Positions 1-10,965 are shown, numbered from the stretch's first letter. The stretch: 32,000 bases of DNA from Microcystis aeruginosa NIES-2549 (GCF_000981785.2 NZ_CP011304.1:4230001-4262000); one strand, 5' to 3'. The notes: generated from the sequence alone by a model not told the origin. Numbers and translations: made by a program.

Positions 1-1
1 T

Positions 2-574
2 TTTCCGCAATTGTGCGATCAAATCGCCGAGGAAATAGGTTATCCTTGTTTTATTAAACCGGCTAATTTAGGTTCTTCGGTGGGTATTAGTAAAGCTCGC
101 AACCGGCAAGAATTAGAGGCTGCTTTAGATAGTGCTGCTAGTTATGATCGACGGATTATTGTTGAAGCAGGAGTAACCGCAAGGGAGATCGAATGTGCGG
201 TTTTAGGTAATGATAATCCCCAAGCTTCTTTGGTGGGAGAAATTACTTTTGATAGTGATTTTTATGACTATGAAACTAAATATACTGACGGGCGATCGAG
301 TATGGTGATTCCCGCTAATATTCCCGATAAAATTGCTAATCAAGTGCGAGAAATGGCTGTAGAAGCATTTAAAGCTGTGGATGCTGCGGGATTGTCGCGG
401 GTGGATTTTTTCTATGTGGAAAAGACTGGGGAAGTGTTCCTCAATGAAATTAATACTCTGCCGGGGTTTACTAATTTTAGTATGTATCCCCAACTCTGGA
501 AAGCCACCGGTTTAGAGTTTGATAAATTGGTCGATAAGTTGGTACAATTAGCCTTAGAAAGACAGGAAAAATAA
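2..574 (+). CDS. ddl: D-alanine--D-alanine ligase, C-terminal part (5' end outside window)
   Basis: Frame is open from base 2. The translation ([48 protein letters not shown]) is the ATP-grasp C-terminal half of Ddl. Confidence 0.9.
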   Translation, partial: FPQLCDQIAEEIGYPCFIKPANLGSSVGISKARNRQELEAALDSAASYDRRIIVEAGVTAREIECAVLGNDNPQASLVGEITFDSDFYDYETKYTDGRSSMVIPANIPDKIANQVREMAVEAFKAVDAAGLSRVDFFYVEKTGEVFLNEINTLPGFTNFSMYPQLWKATGLEFDKLVDKLVQLALERQEK

Positions 575-592
575 GGTTAAATTACCACCATT

Positions 593-619
593 TCTAGGAT
601 AGGAATTACCTATCCTAGA
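593..619. terminator. Hairpin between convergent ddl and the Uma2 gene
   Basis: Perfect 11-bp stem tctaggatagg / cctatcctaga with loop aatta. No clear U-tract. Confidence 0.45.
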
Positions 620-631
620 GATATTTATCAA

Positions 632-1375
632 TTAGATAGTTTCGGGATCAATGCCCAATTCTCGTAATTTTTGGGCTAATTTTTCCTTCTCCAAGATAGC
701 TTGTTCTTTTTCTAAAATAGCCTGTTCTTTTGCCTTTCGTTCCTGTTCCTTTTCTAAAAAAATCTGTTCCTTTGCTTGTCTTTGCTCTAATTCAGCTTCT
801 TGGGGAGTGGGAACCAATTGACCATCGACGGTAAAATAACGCAATTTACGGTCAAATATGCCTAAATATAGTTCTAATTGTTCACTCCATAAATAGCCGT
901 TTTCATTAGCAGCAATAGCCTGATATTGTCCAGCAATTAATCTAAATCCTTGCAGTTCTAAACTTTCAGGATCAAACCAGAAATAGTTAGGAGTCCGAAA
1001 GGTATTTTGATAGAGATTTTTCTTTTTATTGCGGTCAATATTGGCCGTAGAATCGGAAAGAATCTCCACGATCACATTGGGATATTTACCCCCTTCTCCC
1101 CAGACTACCCAACTTTTACGCGGATGTTTTTCCGTATCTAAGACGACAAAAAAATCAGGACCACAAAAATCACGTTTTTTTAGTTGTTCTTCGTTATAGT
1201 AGATGGTAAGATTGCCCGAAGCATAGTAATTACTTCTTTCTTGCCATAACCTTTCTAAACAACCGATCAGAATTGTAATTTGTTGTAGATGTAGATCACT
1301 TTCCAAAGGTGGTTCATCACTCCATAAATCGGTGGGGGGACAGGTAACTTCCGGTAAAATGTCGAGAGTTGTCAT
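632..1375 (-). CDS. Uma2-family (DUF820) putative PD-(D/E)xK endonuclease with repetitive coiled C-terminus
   Basis: PDFFVVLD...PNVIVEILSDST...K...Y...YFWFDP pattern typical of Uma2. The C-terminus has KEQAILEKEQAILEKEK repeats ending LRELGIDP. Confidence 0.8.
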   Translation of the reverse strand: MTTLDILPEVTCPPTDLWSDEPPLESDLHLQQITILIGCLERLWQERSNYYASGNLTIYYNEEQLKKRDFCGPDFFVVLDTEKHPRKSWVVWGEGGKYPNVIVEILSDSTANIDRNKKKNLYQNTFRTPNYFWFDPESLELQGFRLIAGQYQAIAANENGYLWSEQLELYLGIFDRKLRYFTVDGQLVPTPQEAELEQRQAKEQIFLEKEQERKAKEQAILEKEQAILEKEKLAQKLRELGIDPETI

Positions 1376-1441
1376 AGTTTTTCCCCGTTATACTAGCTTT
1401 GTTTAATTATAACTGTTACGCTCTTTTCTGGTCATAAAAAA

Positions 1442-3118
1442 CTAATTTTTTGTTGAATCACGAGTAAAACTGTAGATAATTTGGGTAGCTAATTGTGGTA
1501 ATTGTGATAAATCTTCATTGGACATTTTTTGACGATCTAGTTTCATTTGTAATCCCGTCATCGAATCGTCTCCGTCGGAAATTAAAAATTCTAAGCGTTC
1601 AATTTCCGACCAATCTTTAATGTCATTTAATATCTTGTCAATAACCAGAAGATAAGGATGGGAAGGATTTTTATACCAATTACTGCTGACACCCTGACGA
1701 ATATCTAAACCTAAATGTACGATCAAAGGGGCGCGATCAAAAAGGGCATTGGCTACCGGTCGGGTTTCTTCTTGGAGAGATAATTGATTAGCGCGACTTA
1801 ACTCGCGTAATTTCTCTAATTGATGATATCTTTGCGAAATTGACGGCGGATTTTCCCCCCAACTGAGAGCGATGGTGACTAGATAGGTTTGTAGGAATAG
1901 ATGCCCTAACTTTTCCGCTTTTGTGGCCAGATAATTGGAATTATAATCATTAGCCTCGATCAGCAAAGGTACTCGCTCGACTATTTGCAAACCATAGCCT
2001 TTTAATCCGGCAATTTTACGCGGATTATTGGTAATTAAACGAATATTTCTCACCCCCAAATCGTTGAGCATTTGCGCTCCCATGCCGTAATCGCGCAAAT
2101 CGGCGGGAAATCCTAACCTTTCGTTGGCTTCCACCGTATCTAATCCCATATCCTGTAAAGAATAGGCTTTTAGCTTATTAATTAAGCCAATTCCCCGTCC
2201 TTCCTGTCGCAGGTAAACCACCACCCCTAAACCGTTGTTTTCGATCATTTTTAGGGCAGCTTGTAACTGTTGCCGACAATCGCAACGCAAGGATCCCAAA
2301 GCATCCCCGGTCAGGCATTCTGAGTGCATTCGTACCATTACAGGTTGATCGCCAAAGAGAGCGGGATCGCCTTTCACAATAGCGATGTGTTCGGTTTGAT
2401 CTAATAAATTTCGGTAAGCATAAAGCTGAAAAGTGCCGAATTGACTGGGAAAATTACAGACCGTTTCCCGATGGACAAAGCGATCGTATTTTAAGCGATA
2501 ACTGATCAGATCGGCAATGCTAATTAACTTTAAATTATGTTGACGAGCGTATTCAAATAGTTGCGGTAAACGGGCCATGGAACCGTCGGGATTTTGGATC
2601 TCACAGATAACTCCCGCCGGATACAACCCGGCTAACCGAGCTAGATCCACAGCTGCCTCCGTATGACCGGCGCGTTTTAAGACTCCACCGGCTTTAGCAC
2701 GAATCGGGAAGACATGACCGGGACGGGTGAGATCGTCGGGACGAGTGACCGGATTAATGGCAACTTGCACGGTTTTCGCCCGATCTTCCGCCGAAATACC
2801 AGTTTTAACCCCTAAATGGGGAGCGGCATCGATGCTAACGGTAAAAGCAGTTTGATTGCTATCGGTGTTTTTTGTCACCATCAAGGGTAATTCGAGAGCA
2901 TCAAGACGCTCTCCCGTCATTGCCAGACAGATTAAACCGCGAGCTTGCACTGCCATGAAGTTAATCAGATCGGGGGTGGCAAATTGGGCCGCACAGATTA
3001 GATCTCCTTCATTTTCGCGATTCTCATCATCAACTACTACAATAGCCCGTCCGGCTTTGATTTCCGCTAAGGCAGTATCGATAGAGTCAAAAGCGATCGA
3101 AGTGACAGTCACAGGCAT
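1442..3118 (-). CDS. ribBA: Bifunctional 3,4-dihydroxy-2-butanone-4-phosphate synthase / GTP cyclohydrolase II
   Basis: DHBP synthase motifs (DDENRENEGDL, RAGHTEAAVDLARLAG) are followed by GTP cyclohydrolase II motifs (ECLTGDALGSLRCDCR, YLRQEGRGIGL), then about 150 extra C-terminal residues. Confidence 0.95.
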   Translation of the reverse strand: MPVTVTSIAFDSIDTALAEIKAGRAIVVVDDENRENEGDLICAAQFATPDLINFMAVQARGLICLAMTGERLDALELPLMVTKNTDSNQTAFTVSIDAAPHLGVKTGISAEDRAKTVQVAINPVTRPDDLTRPGHVFPIRAKAGGVLKRAGHTEAAVDLARLAGLYPAGVICEIQNPDGSMARLPQLFEYARQHNLKLISIADLISYRLKYDRFVHRETVCNFPSQFGTFQLYAYRNLLDQTEHIAIVKGDPALFGDQPVMVRMHSECLTGDALGSLRCDCRQQLQAALKMIENNGLGVVVYLRQEGRGIGLINKLKAYSLQDMGLDTVEANERLGFPADLRDYGMGAQMLNDLGVRNIRLITNNPRKIAGLKGYGLQIVERVPLLIEANDYNSNYLATKAEKLGHLFLQTYLVTIALSWGENPPSISQRYHQLEKLRELSRANQLSLQEETRPVANALFDRAPLIVHLGLDIRQGVSSNWYKNPSHPYLLVIDKILNDIKDWSEIERLEFLISDGDDSMTGLQMKLDRQKMSNEDLSQLPQLATQIIYSFTRDSTKN

Positions 3119-3195
3119 TAAAACGATAGAACTATTTTCATTCTACAGGTTTGCTCGATCTGCTGAGGGTCAATTTCTGCCAGTTCCCTAGAAAG

Positions 3196-3233
3196 AAGTC
3201 TCCCGGTGAACCTGACGGCTGCCCGGGAGACTT
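3196..3233 (-). terminator. Stem-loop downstream of cpcC (end of the cpc operon)
   Basis: aagtctcccgg / ccgggagactt 11-bp stem, 22 nt after the cpcC stop. A U-rich run (cuucuuucu) follows on the minus strand. Confidence 0.6.
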
Positions 3234-3255
3234 TTAGCTATCTTAAGCTAGAAAA

Positions 3256-4134
3256 TTAGTTCAAACTAGCGGGGGTGATGCTGGCAACTTTGCCACCGAG
3301 ACGGTTGATCTGTTGCAGGGTGTTATTTAACTGTTCAAAGGGGACGATAATTGCTTTGCTACTGCGACGGACACGGGGATAACCCGGTTTGCTAATAGCG
3401 GCAATTTCCACGCGATAGAGCTTACCCACATCACCATAGGCCACACTACCACCCAGAGCTTTACTGGGGGTGTTGCGTTGAGCAGAAGGACGATAGGCCC
3501 AACCATCGCTGCCACCGGAGGGACCGACTACTGCCGAAGCACCGTTTTGAGCTAATTCCACCGCTAAACGGGAGGTTTTGCCAGCAATCTGGGAGCGATC
3601 GCTGTTGGCATAACCGCGATAGAGTTGGAACATCCGGGTAAATCCCACGGTTTTTTGACCGGGTTGGCTGGCAAAACCACGATAGTAGGGAACGATACTA
3701 TCGCCGAAGTTTTCGGTATATTCGGCGGAATCGATGTAGGAGTCGATATCGGCCTCGAATCCTTTGTTTTCGTAGAGATCGAGGTGATAGACCACTTCCG
3801 ACTCATCGTAGGGAGCGCGACCTAAAAGATGTTTGATATTAAGTTCGATGACGCGGGTTTGGAAGTTACCGTAGAAGAATTTGTTCTTATACAGTTCCGA
3901 TTTGGCCACAGCGCGGACGAATTCCCGCACGGTGATCGAACCGTTGCAGAGTAAGGATTCGGCACTGGTAAGGCGCTCGGAACGCATGATATAGTCATTG
4001 CCTAGCACCTGACGATAGACAGCGCGAATAACTGCCTGTGCGTCATCACGAGACCAATCGGGACGTAATTCCACGGGAGCAACCTCGCTAAAAGCGGTTG
4101 TCCCTAAACGAGAAGCTGAGGTAGTAATTGCCAC
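3256..4134 (-). CDS. cpcC: Phycocyanin-associated phycobilisome rod linker (PBS-linker domain plus C-terminal CpcD-like domain)
   Basis: Linker-domain sequence VYRQVLGN...[13 protein letters not shown]...[10 protein letters not shown]...[10 protein letters not shown], with a C-terminal CpcD-like LYRVEI...[20 protein letters not shown]. Lies directly downstream of cpcBA. Confidence 0.9.
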   Translation of the reverse strand: MAITTSASRLGTTAFSEVAPVELRPDWSRDDAQAVIRAVYRQVLGNDYIMRSERLTSAESLLCNGSITVREFVRAVAKSELYKNKFFYGNFQTRVIELNIKHLLGRAPYDESEVVYHLDLYENKGFEADIDSYIDSAEYTENFGDSIVPYYRGFASQPGQKTVGFTRMFQLYRGYANSDRSQIAGKTSRLAVELAQNGASAVVGPSGGSDGWAYRPSAQRNTPSKALGGSVAYGDVGKLYRVEIAAISKPGYPRVRRSSKAIIVPFEQLNNTLQQINRLGGKVASITPASLN

Positions 4135-4323
4135 TAAAGTTCTCCTACAAAAAAAATGATCATTTTCTGACCGCTCAAAACTAGGGGAGGATCAGTTCGA
4201 TTACCTGGCCGCCTTGACGGTTGATTTCTGGCTCGGTGGAGCGTCATTCCCAGCGGGGGGAACCTTTGTCGGGTTCAAATCCCAGTCTTTCGGCCGCCAT
4301 CAAGCTAGTTATGGATATAACAA

Positions 4324-4383
4324 GGTCTGGAAGAACAGGTGATTGCTAACCCTTTTGCTAACAACCTCCTGTCTTTCCAGACC
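4324..4383 (-). terminator. Intra-operon stem-loop 20 nt after the cpcA stop (partial terminator or mRNA-stabilising hairpin)
   Basis: 16-nt arms ggtctggaagaacagg / cctgtctttccagacc. On the minus strand these give 14 Watson-Crick pairs, 1 wobble and 1 mismatch, with a 28-nt loop. Confidence 0.55.
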
Positions 4384-4402
4384 AGCAGTTTTTTCGTTCG
4401 GA

Positions 4403-4891
4403 CTAGCTGAGAGCGTTGATAGCGTAGTCGATGTAGGAGTTGGCTTCTACCGCGGGGTCGCCACTTAAACCATGGTTGGCTTTGATGTATTTGAGAGCTT
4501 CGATGTACCAGCTAGGAGACAGGTCGAAGGTGCGGTTGATTTCGTCGATACCAGCGATGAGGTACTCGTCCATCGGACCGGTTCCACCAGCAACTAAGCA
4601 GTAGGTCACCATGCGGAGGTAGTAACCGATGTCACGAGCGCATTTGTCTTTACCGCGTTGGTCCGCCGCAAAGTTAGCCCCTTGCATTTGGGTGGTGTAG
4701 GGGTACTTGTTGTACACAGCTTGAGCTGCGCCCTGGGTTAATTGGGAAGCTTTTTCGGTTAACGCTTTGGCGGCGCTGAGGCTGGCAGAAGCTTGACGAA
4801 AACGACCGAAAGCCACTTGGATTTCGGTGCTGCTTAAGAAACGGCCTTGAGAATCAGCGGCTGCTACGGCTTCGGTAAGGGGGGTTTTCAT
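4403..4891 (-). CDS. cpcA: C-phycocyanin alpha subunit
   Basis: [20 protein letters not shown]...[29 protein letters not shown] is canonical CpcA, 162 aa. GGGAGA ribosome-binding site upstream. Confidence 0.97.
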   Translation of the reverse strand: MKTPLTEAVAAADSQGRFLSSTEIQVAFGRFRQASASLSAAKALTEKASQLTQGAAQAVYNKYPYTTQMQGANFAADQRGKDKCARDIGYYLRMVTYCLVAGGTGPMDEYLIAGIDEINRTFDLSPSWYIEALKYIKANHGLSGDPAVEANSYIDYAINALS

Positions 4892-4957
4892 TGTTTGGTA
4901 TCTCCCAATAATCTTGCAATAAGTTTCCTACGGTTTAATTAAGACTAGCCCTGGGGA

Positions 4958-5488
<531 letters not shown>

Positions 5489-5977
5489 CTAAATTTAAAT
5501 GGGATTTGCTTGCAATTAAAATTTTCCCTCTTAAGGGATTTCACGGTGAGTCTGGACGAGCCTTGACCGTGATTGTTGCGATTTACTTTAAGAAACCTGA
5601 AAAAACTTCACGGCTCTCTCATAAATCACCTAGGGAGGTTAAACAAGTATCCAGCTTAACTTTTGTCTGTTATCTTGGCCCCTCAAATTAAATTTATACA
5701 CTGCTGTCGAAACTTTGTTTGTTACAAATTATTAAGTTTTTTGCTGTCTTTTTGTAACGGCCACTTAACAATAACTCGATCAAGTTGGTCATCAATCCCT
5801 GACCATGGCTCAAAGCCTCTCACCGTCGGGAAATCAGAGACAGCAAGGCTTTAAGGGTATAAAGGGCAGCAAGATAGAAAATTTAAGCTTTTTTTTATAT
5901 TTTCCCGCTTTCCCTTCCCCTATTGCCCAAGGATTGCCCTTTCCGGCGCTCAAATTACGATGAAGTTTTGTAAAGAA

Positions 5978-6001
5978 GGGTGTGGGGTGTGGGGTGTGGG
6001 G
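5978..6001. repeat. Heptamer tandem repeat (GGGTGTG)x3 plus GGG
   Basis: Read directly as gggtgtggggtgtggggtgtgggg. Contains four G3-4 tracts separated by TGT. Confidence 0.9.
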
Positions 6002-6010
6002 AGAACAAAG

Positions 6011-6041
6011 CTGTCTCCTGTTTCCTGTCTCCTGTCTCCTG
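6011..6041. repeat. Heptamer tandem repeat (CTGTCTC)x4, one variant unit CTGTTTC
   Basis: Read directly as ctgtctcctgtttcctgtctcctgtctcctg. Confidence 0.9.
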
Positions 6042-6089
6042 AAGTTAAACTAGAAACCAGTGATCAAAAAAACTAGCCGTCCGAACCCG

Positions 6090-7313
6090 ATGATTTCCTC
6101 CACTCCCGTTCCTAATAGCTTAAATGGCGCTCAAATTCGCCTTGCTATTCGTTGCCTGCAGCCGCAATTGGTCCACTGGCGCCGACAAATACACCAAAAA
6201 CCAGAACTAGGCTTTCAAGAACATCTCACCGCCTCCTTAATCAGTCAAACCCTGACTAAATACGGAATTGACCATCAAACCGGTATCGCCGGCACTGGAA
6301 TTGTTGCCACCATCGAAGGCAGTCAACCGGGGCCGGTTTTAGCCCTGCGGGCCGATATGGATGCACTACCGATCGCCGAAGAAAACCAAGTCCCCTATCG
6401 TTCCCAACATCCGGGCCAAATGCACGCCTGTGGTCACGATGGTCACACAGCCATCGCCCTCGGCACAGCAGTTTACCTAGCACAAAACCGTCACGATGTC
6501 AAGGGAAAAGTAAAAATTATTTTCCAACCCGCCGAAGAGGGGCCGGGGGGGGCGAAACCGATGATCGAAGCGGGAGTGCTGAAAAATCCCGACGTGGAGG
6601 GAATTATCGGGCTGCATCTCTGGAATAATCTGCCTTTAGGGACAGTGGGCGTGAAAAATGGGCCTTTAATGGCGGCGGTGGAATGTTTCGATCTCCAGAT
6701 TCAAGGCCGGGGCGGCCACGGGGCAATTCCCCATCAAACCGTCGATTCACTACTGGTGGCGGCCCAAATCGTCAACGCCTTGCAAACTATCGTCGCCCGC
6801 AACCTTAACCCCCTCGATGCCGCCGTGGTAACTGTGGGCAAATTAGCGGCGGGAACCGCCAGAAACGTGATCGCCGATAGTGCTAATCTCAGTGGGACGG
6901 TGCGCTATTTCAATCCCCAGTTAGGGGGCTATTTCCGACAACGGATGCAAGAAATCATCGCGGGCATCTGTCAAAGTCAGGGGGCTAGTTATCAATTCGA
7001 TTACTGGCAATTGTATCCCCCAGTAATCAATCATGATCAGATGGCGGAATTAGTGCGCTCAATCGCCGCACAAGTGGTGGAAACCCCGGCCGGAATCGTT
7101 CCCGAATGTCAAACCCTGGGAGGGGAAGATATGTCCTTCTTTTTACAGGAAGTACCGGGCTGTTATTTCTTCTTGGGATCCGCCAATCCCGAATTAGGAT
7201 TAGCCTATCCCCACCATCATCCCCGCTTTGATTTTGATGAATCGGTGTTAGGGATGGGAGTCGAGATTTTTGTCCGTTGCGTCGAAAAATTCGGCAACTC
7301 TAAGACTTTCTAG
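6090..7313 (+). CDS. M20D-family amidohydrolase (N-acyl-L-amino acid amidohydrolase / hippurate hydrolase-like)
   Basis: Motifs IHQKPELGFQE, LRADMDALP, HACGHDGH, FQPAEEGPGGA and GGEDMSFF. ATG at 6090 is preferred; the track ORF begins at GTG 6060. Confidence 0.85.
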   Translation: MISSTPVPNSLNGAQIRLAIRCLQPQLVHWRRQIHQKPELGFQEHLTASLISQTLTKYGIDHQTGIAGTGIVATIEGSQPGPVLALRADMDALPIAEENQVPYRSQHPGQMHACGHDGHTAIALGTAVYLAQNRHDVKGKVKIIFQPAEEGPGGAKPMIEAGVLKNPDVEGIIGLHLWNNLPLGTVGVKNGPLMAAVECFDLQIQGRGGHGAIPHQTVDSLLVAAQIVNALQTIVARNLNPLDAAVVTVGKLAAGTARNVIADSANLSGTVRYFNPQLGGYFRQRMQEIIAGICQSQGASYQFDYWQLYPPVINHDQMAELVRSIAAQVVETPAGIVPECQTLGGEDMSFFLQEVPGCYFFLGSANPELGLAYPHHHPRFDFDESVLGMGVEIFVRCVEKFGNSKTF

Positions 7314-8279
<966 letters not shown>

Positions 8280-8447
8280 TAGTAATTACCGTACTTTTGG
8301 CTAAAAAGACTTGCCTAAAACCACGGATCTGGTGTACAAGTAAGTTAATAAACGCGCTTCTCGCTCCTTTGTAATGGCAAAAGTCTTAGTCTTGAGTTAG
8401 TTTAGTCGGGAAGCGCAAAATCCGAAGTATTCATAGCAATTGAATTT

Positions 8448-8669
8448 ATGACCAAACAAGCTGTAGCTCACCCGATGGTGAAGTTTCAACGCAAGGTTAG
8501 CAAGTGGATAGATGCAAAAGTAGTCAAACCTAGCGATAGTATCTGGAAACTCGCTCTTTTATACGGAGATGAGTGGGGATACTGGAAGCAAGAGTTGCTC
8601 GATTTCGGTTTCTCCATGCAAGACCCTCTCAGCGAAGTGGTAGCGGTAGAAGCTTGGGACGAAGAATAA
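8448..8669 (+). CDS. Hypothetical small protein (73 aa), Trp-rich with an acidic C-terminus
   Basis: ORF only. No recognisable motif and no clear SD. An antisense ORF of similar length exists. Ends 43 nt upstream of the adaptor gene. Confidence 0.35.
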   Translation: MTKQAVAHPMVKFQRKVSKWIDAKVVKPSDSIWKLALLYGDEWGYWKQELLDFGFSMQDPLSEVVAVEAWDEE

Positions 8670-8712
8670 GCGACCATCGACTCAAAAGCAGCTTTCTACC
8701 AAGATTATCGCC

Positions 8713-9933
8713 ATGGGATCGACTCCGATTATCCTTTCCGCTCTGGTTATCTTATCCTTAAGCGCGAGTTGTTCTCCCGGGACCGAAACCCAACCACCGT
8801 CACCAGCGGCCCGTACTACTACCGTCAACGTCACCACCGCTAAACTGGCAACCATCGGACGCAATCTCGATTACACGGGAACTACCCGACCTTTAAAAGT
8901 CGTTTCTCTGCGATCGCAAGCCACCGGTCAGTTACTCAATCTCCCCGTCGAGGTGGGAGATGAGGTGCAATTAGGACAAATCCTCGCTCATGTTGATGAT
9001 CGTCTCCTCGCCACCGTTGTCCGGCAAGAAAAATCCGCCCTGTCGGCCCTAGAAGCAGAATTAGCCCGGGCGAGAATTGAAGTCAGTAACGCTGAAATTG
9101 AAGTGGAGCGCCTACAACTACAATACCAACAGGCCAAAAATGATGCCGAGCGCCTGCAAAAATTAGCCCTAGAAGGAGCAATTCCCCTGCAACAGGGTGA
9201 AACAGCCCAAACCACGGCGGCAGTGGCTTTAAAAGCCGTTAATAGCGCCAGATCGAGAATTAAAGTCGAGGAACAGGTGGTGGCGGGAATTATCGGCAGA
9301 ATTGCCGCCCAAAAATCGGTCATCGCTCAGGAACAACAACGTCAGGCCTACGCTATTCTTAAATCACCGGCGACGGGGATAGTTATCGAAAAACTAAAAG
9401 AGCCGGGGGATTTAGTCAGTATCGGCGATGAAGTCCTCAAAATTGGTGATTTTCAACAGGTCAAGGTAGTAGTATTATTATCGGAATTGGATTTAAAAAC
9501 AATTAATTTAGGACAAACGGTTAATGTCAGCCTTGATGCTTTCGGTGAGAGAAATTTTTCCGGTCGCATTAACAGGATTTTTCCCCTCAGCCAAGGCACG
9601 GCCCGGCGGATTCCCGTGGAGATTACTCTACCCAATGGGGATGGTTTAATTAAAGGGGGATTATTGGCCCGGGTGCGGTTTAATAATAATTCTGCCCCTC
9701 AGGTGATTGTCCCCGAAACAGCAATTGTCAGTCAAGGGGAATCCCCGGCAATTTTCGTCCTTTCCGAGTCTAACTCACAAGTGCAAAAACGTCCCGTTCG
9801 TCTCGGTCAAGCGCTCGACGGTCAAGTAGAAATTATCACCGGACTTGAACCGGGGGAGCGTTTCGTCGTTAATAGTAGTAAACCTTTGCAAAATGGCGAA
9901 AAAGTCCGGGTCAGTATCCTCAGTAATCCTTGA
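8713..9933 (+). CDS. HlyD-family efflux periplasmic adaptor (membrane fusion protein), probable lipoprotein
   Basis: N-terminal signal ending LSLSASC. Then a lipoyl/hairpin/beta-barrel pattern (RSQATGQLLNLPVEVGDEVQLGQILA, long coiled coil, ILKSPATGIV, ARVRF). No pump gene follows. Confidence 0.85.
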   Translation: MGSTPIILSALVILSLSASCSPGTETQPPSPAARTTTVNVTTAKLATIGRNLDYTGTTRPLKVVSLRSQATGQLLNLPVEVGDEVQLGQILAHVDDRLLATVVRQEKSALSALEAELARARIEVSNAEIEVERLQLQYQQAKNDAERLQKLALEGAIPLQQGETAQTTAAVALKAVNSARSRIKVEEQVVAGIIGRIAAQKSVIAQEQQRQAYAILKSPATGIVIEKLKEPGDLVSIGDEVLKIGDFQQVKVVVLLSELDLKTINLGQTVNVSLDAFGERNFSGRINRIFPLSQGTARRIPVEITLPNGDGLIKGGLLARVRFNNNSAPQVIVPETAIVSQGESPAIFVLSESNSQVQKRPVRLGQALDGQVEIITGLEPGERFVVNSSKPLQNGEKVRVSILSNP

Positions 9934-9980
9934 TTAGTTGGGGATTGCTAAGTAGTTAGGTGTTAAAAACTGTCAGATTA

Positions 9981-9999
9981 CCCCTCTTATCAAGGGGTG
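9981..9999 (+). terminator. Short hairpin after the adaptor gene
   Basis: acccct / aggggt 6-bp stem with a 7-nt loop, 48 nt after the stop. Weak, with no U-tract. Confidence 0.3.
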
Positions 10000-10003
10000 A
10001 CTA

Positions 10004-10024
10004 AGGGGGGATCAAGGGGGGATT
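10004..10024. repeat. Tandem AAGGGGGGAT x2
   Basis: Read directly as aaggggggat c aaggggggat. Confidence 0.8.
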
Positions 10025-10356
10025 AAAGGCAAAATCCATTTTTAATTTAATTATAACCAGCTACTTAATTACTCTTGACAAAATCCCAGCACTTGACATA
10101 TACTTATTTATATAATGGGAATCCCTGCCTGCCTGCGACCCCCTCATTTTCAGGCTAGATAGACTTAAAAAAAATTAAATTTTGGGCGCACACAGTTCGA
10201 TAAACTCACTGACCATGATGCGCTTATTGTAATTAGTACAATCATATTATTCTCTGGAGCGATTGTATTTGTCCTCTTTGAGGGGGTTAAATACAGAAAC
10301 CAAAAACCTAACTAATACTATTCAAAATTACTCATGACTTATGCTATAATCGTTCT

Positions 10357-10965
10357 ATGAGTAAGTTGACCATATCAGAAGCGGCTAAATTAAAAGGTGT
10401 AAGCGTATCGACATTAAGACGTTGGGAGTCTGAAGGTAAACTAATTCCAGAACGGACTGCTAATGGGCATCGTCGTTATACAATTTCTCAGTTGCTTGGT
10501 TTAAAAGAGAATCTCTCTTATACTGTTGGCTATTGCCGTGTTTCTAGTCATGACCAAAAGAAAGATTTAGAACGTCAAAAAGAAGTTGTCGAATTGTTTT
10601 GCGCTCAAAACGGTTGGCCAGTTGAAATTATAGACGACTTAGGTTCAGGACTTAACTACAACAAAAAAGGATTAAAGCGATTAATTCGGTTGATTGTTGA
10701 TAGTAAAGTAGAGAGATTGGTCTTAACTCATAAGGATAGATTACTTAGATTTGGTAGTGAATTAATCTTTAGTCTGTGTGAGCAATTCGGGACTGAAGTT
10801 GTCATTATCAATCGAACTGAAGACAGTACATTTGAGGAGGATTTGGCGCAAGATGTCTTAGAAATTATTACGGTATTTTCCGCTAGATTGTATGGCTCTA
10901 GAAGCCATAAAAATAGAAAAATCGTAGAGGAGTTAAGAGACGTTGCTACTAGGATTCAAGACTGA
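10357..10965 (+). CDS. tnpA: IS607-family serine-recombinase transposase
   Basis: MerR-like N-terminal HTH (LTISEAAKLKGVSVSTLRRWESEGKL) followed by the resolvase catalytic motif VGYCRVSSHDQKKDLERQ. Confidence 0.9.
   Translation: MSKLTISEAAKLKGVSVSTLRRWESEGKLIPERTANGHRRYTISQLLGLKENLSYTVGYCRVSSHDQKKDLERQKEVVELFCAQNGWPVEIIDDLGSGLNYNKKGLKRLIRLIVDSKVERLVLTHKDRLLRFGSELIFSLCEQFGTEVVIINRTEDSTFEEDLAQDVLEIITVFSARLYGSRSHKNRKIVEELRDVATRIQD

Noticed and set aside
3119-3255. Possible FMN (RFN) riboswitch upstream of ribBA
   Set aside because: The 137-nt spacer is dominated by the cpcC terminator hairpin and lacks the conserved RFN element sequences.
4207-4298. tRNA-like sequence (GGGTTCAAATCCC T-loop and a TGGCTCGGTGGAG D-loop-like stretch) in the cpcA-cpcC spacer
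   Set aside because: No acceptor stem can be formed, because the flanking GGCCGCC copies are direct repeats rather than inverted. The T-stem has a mismatch and no anticodon arm fits. At most this is a tRNA-derived relic.
8486-8864. Minus-strand and alternative-frame ORFs around the small ORF and the adaptor start (8486-8677, 8573-8761, 8682-8864)
   Set aside because: They have no motifs and overlap better-supported frames. The region remains ambiguous, and only the 8448-8669 frame is kept, at low confidence.
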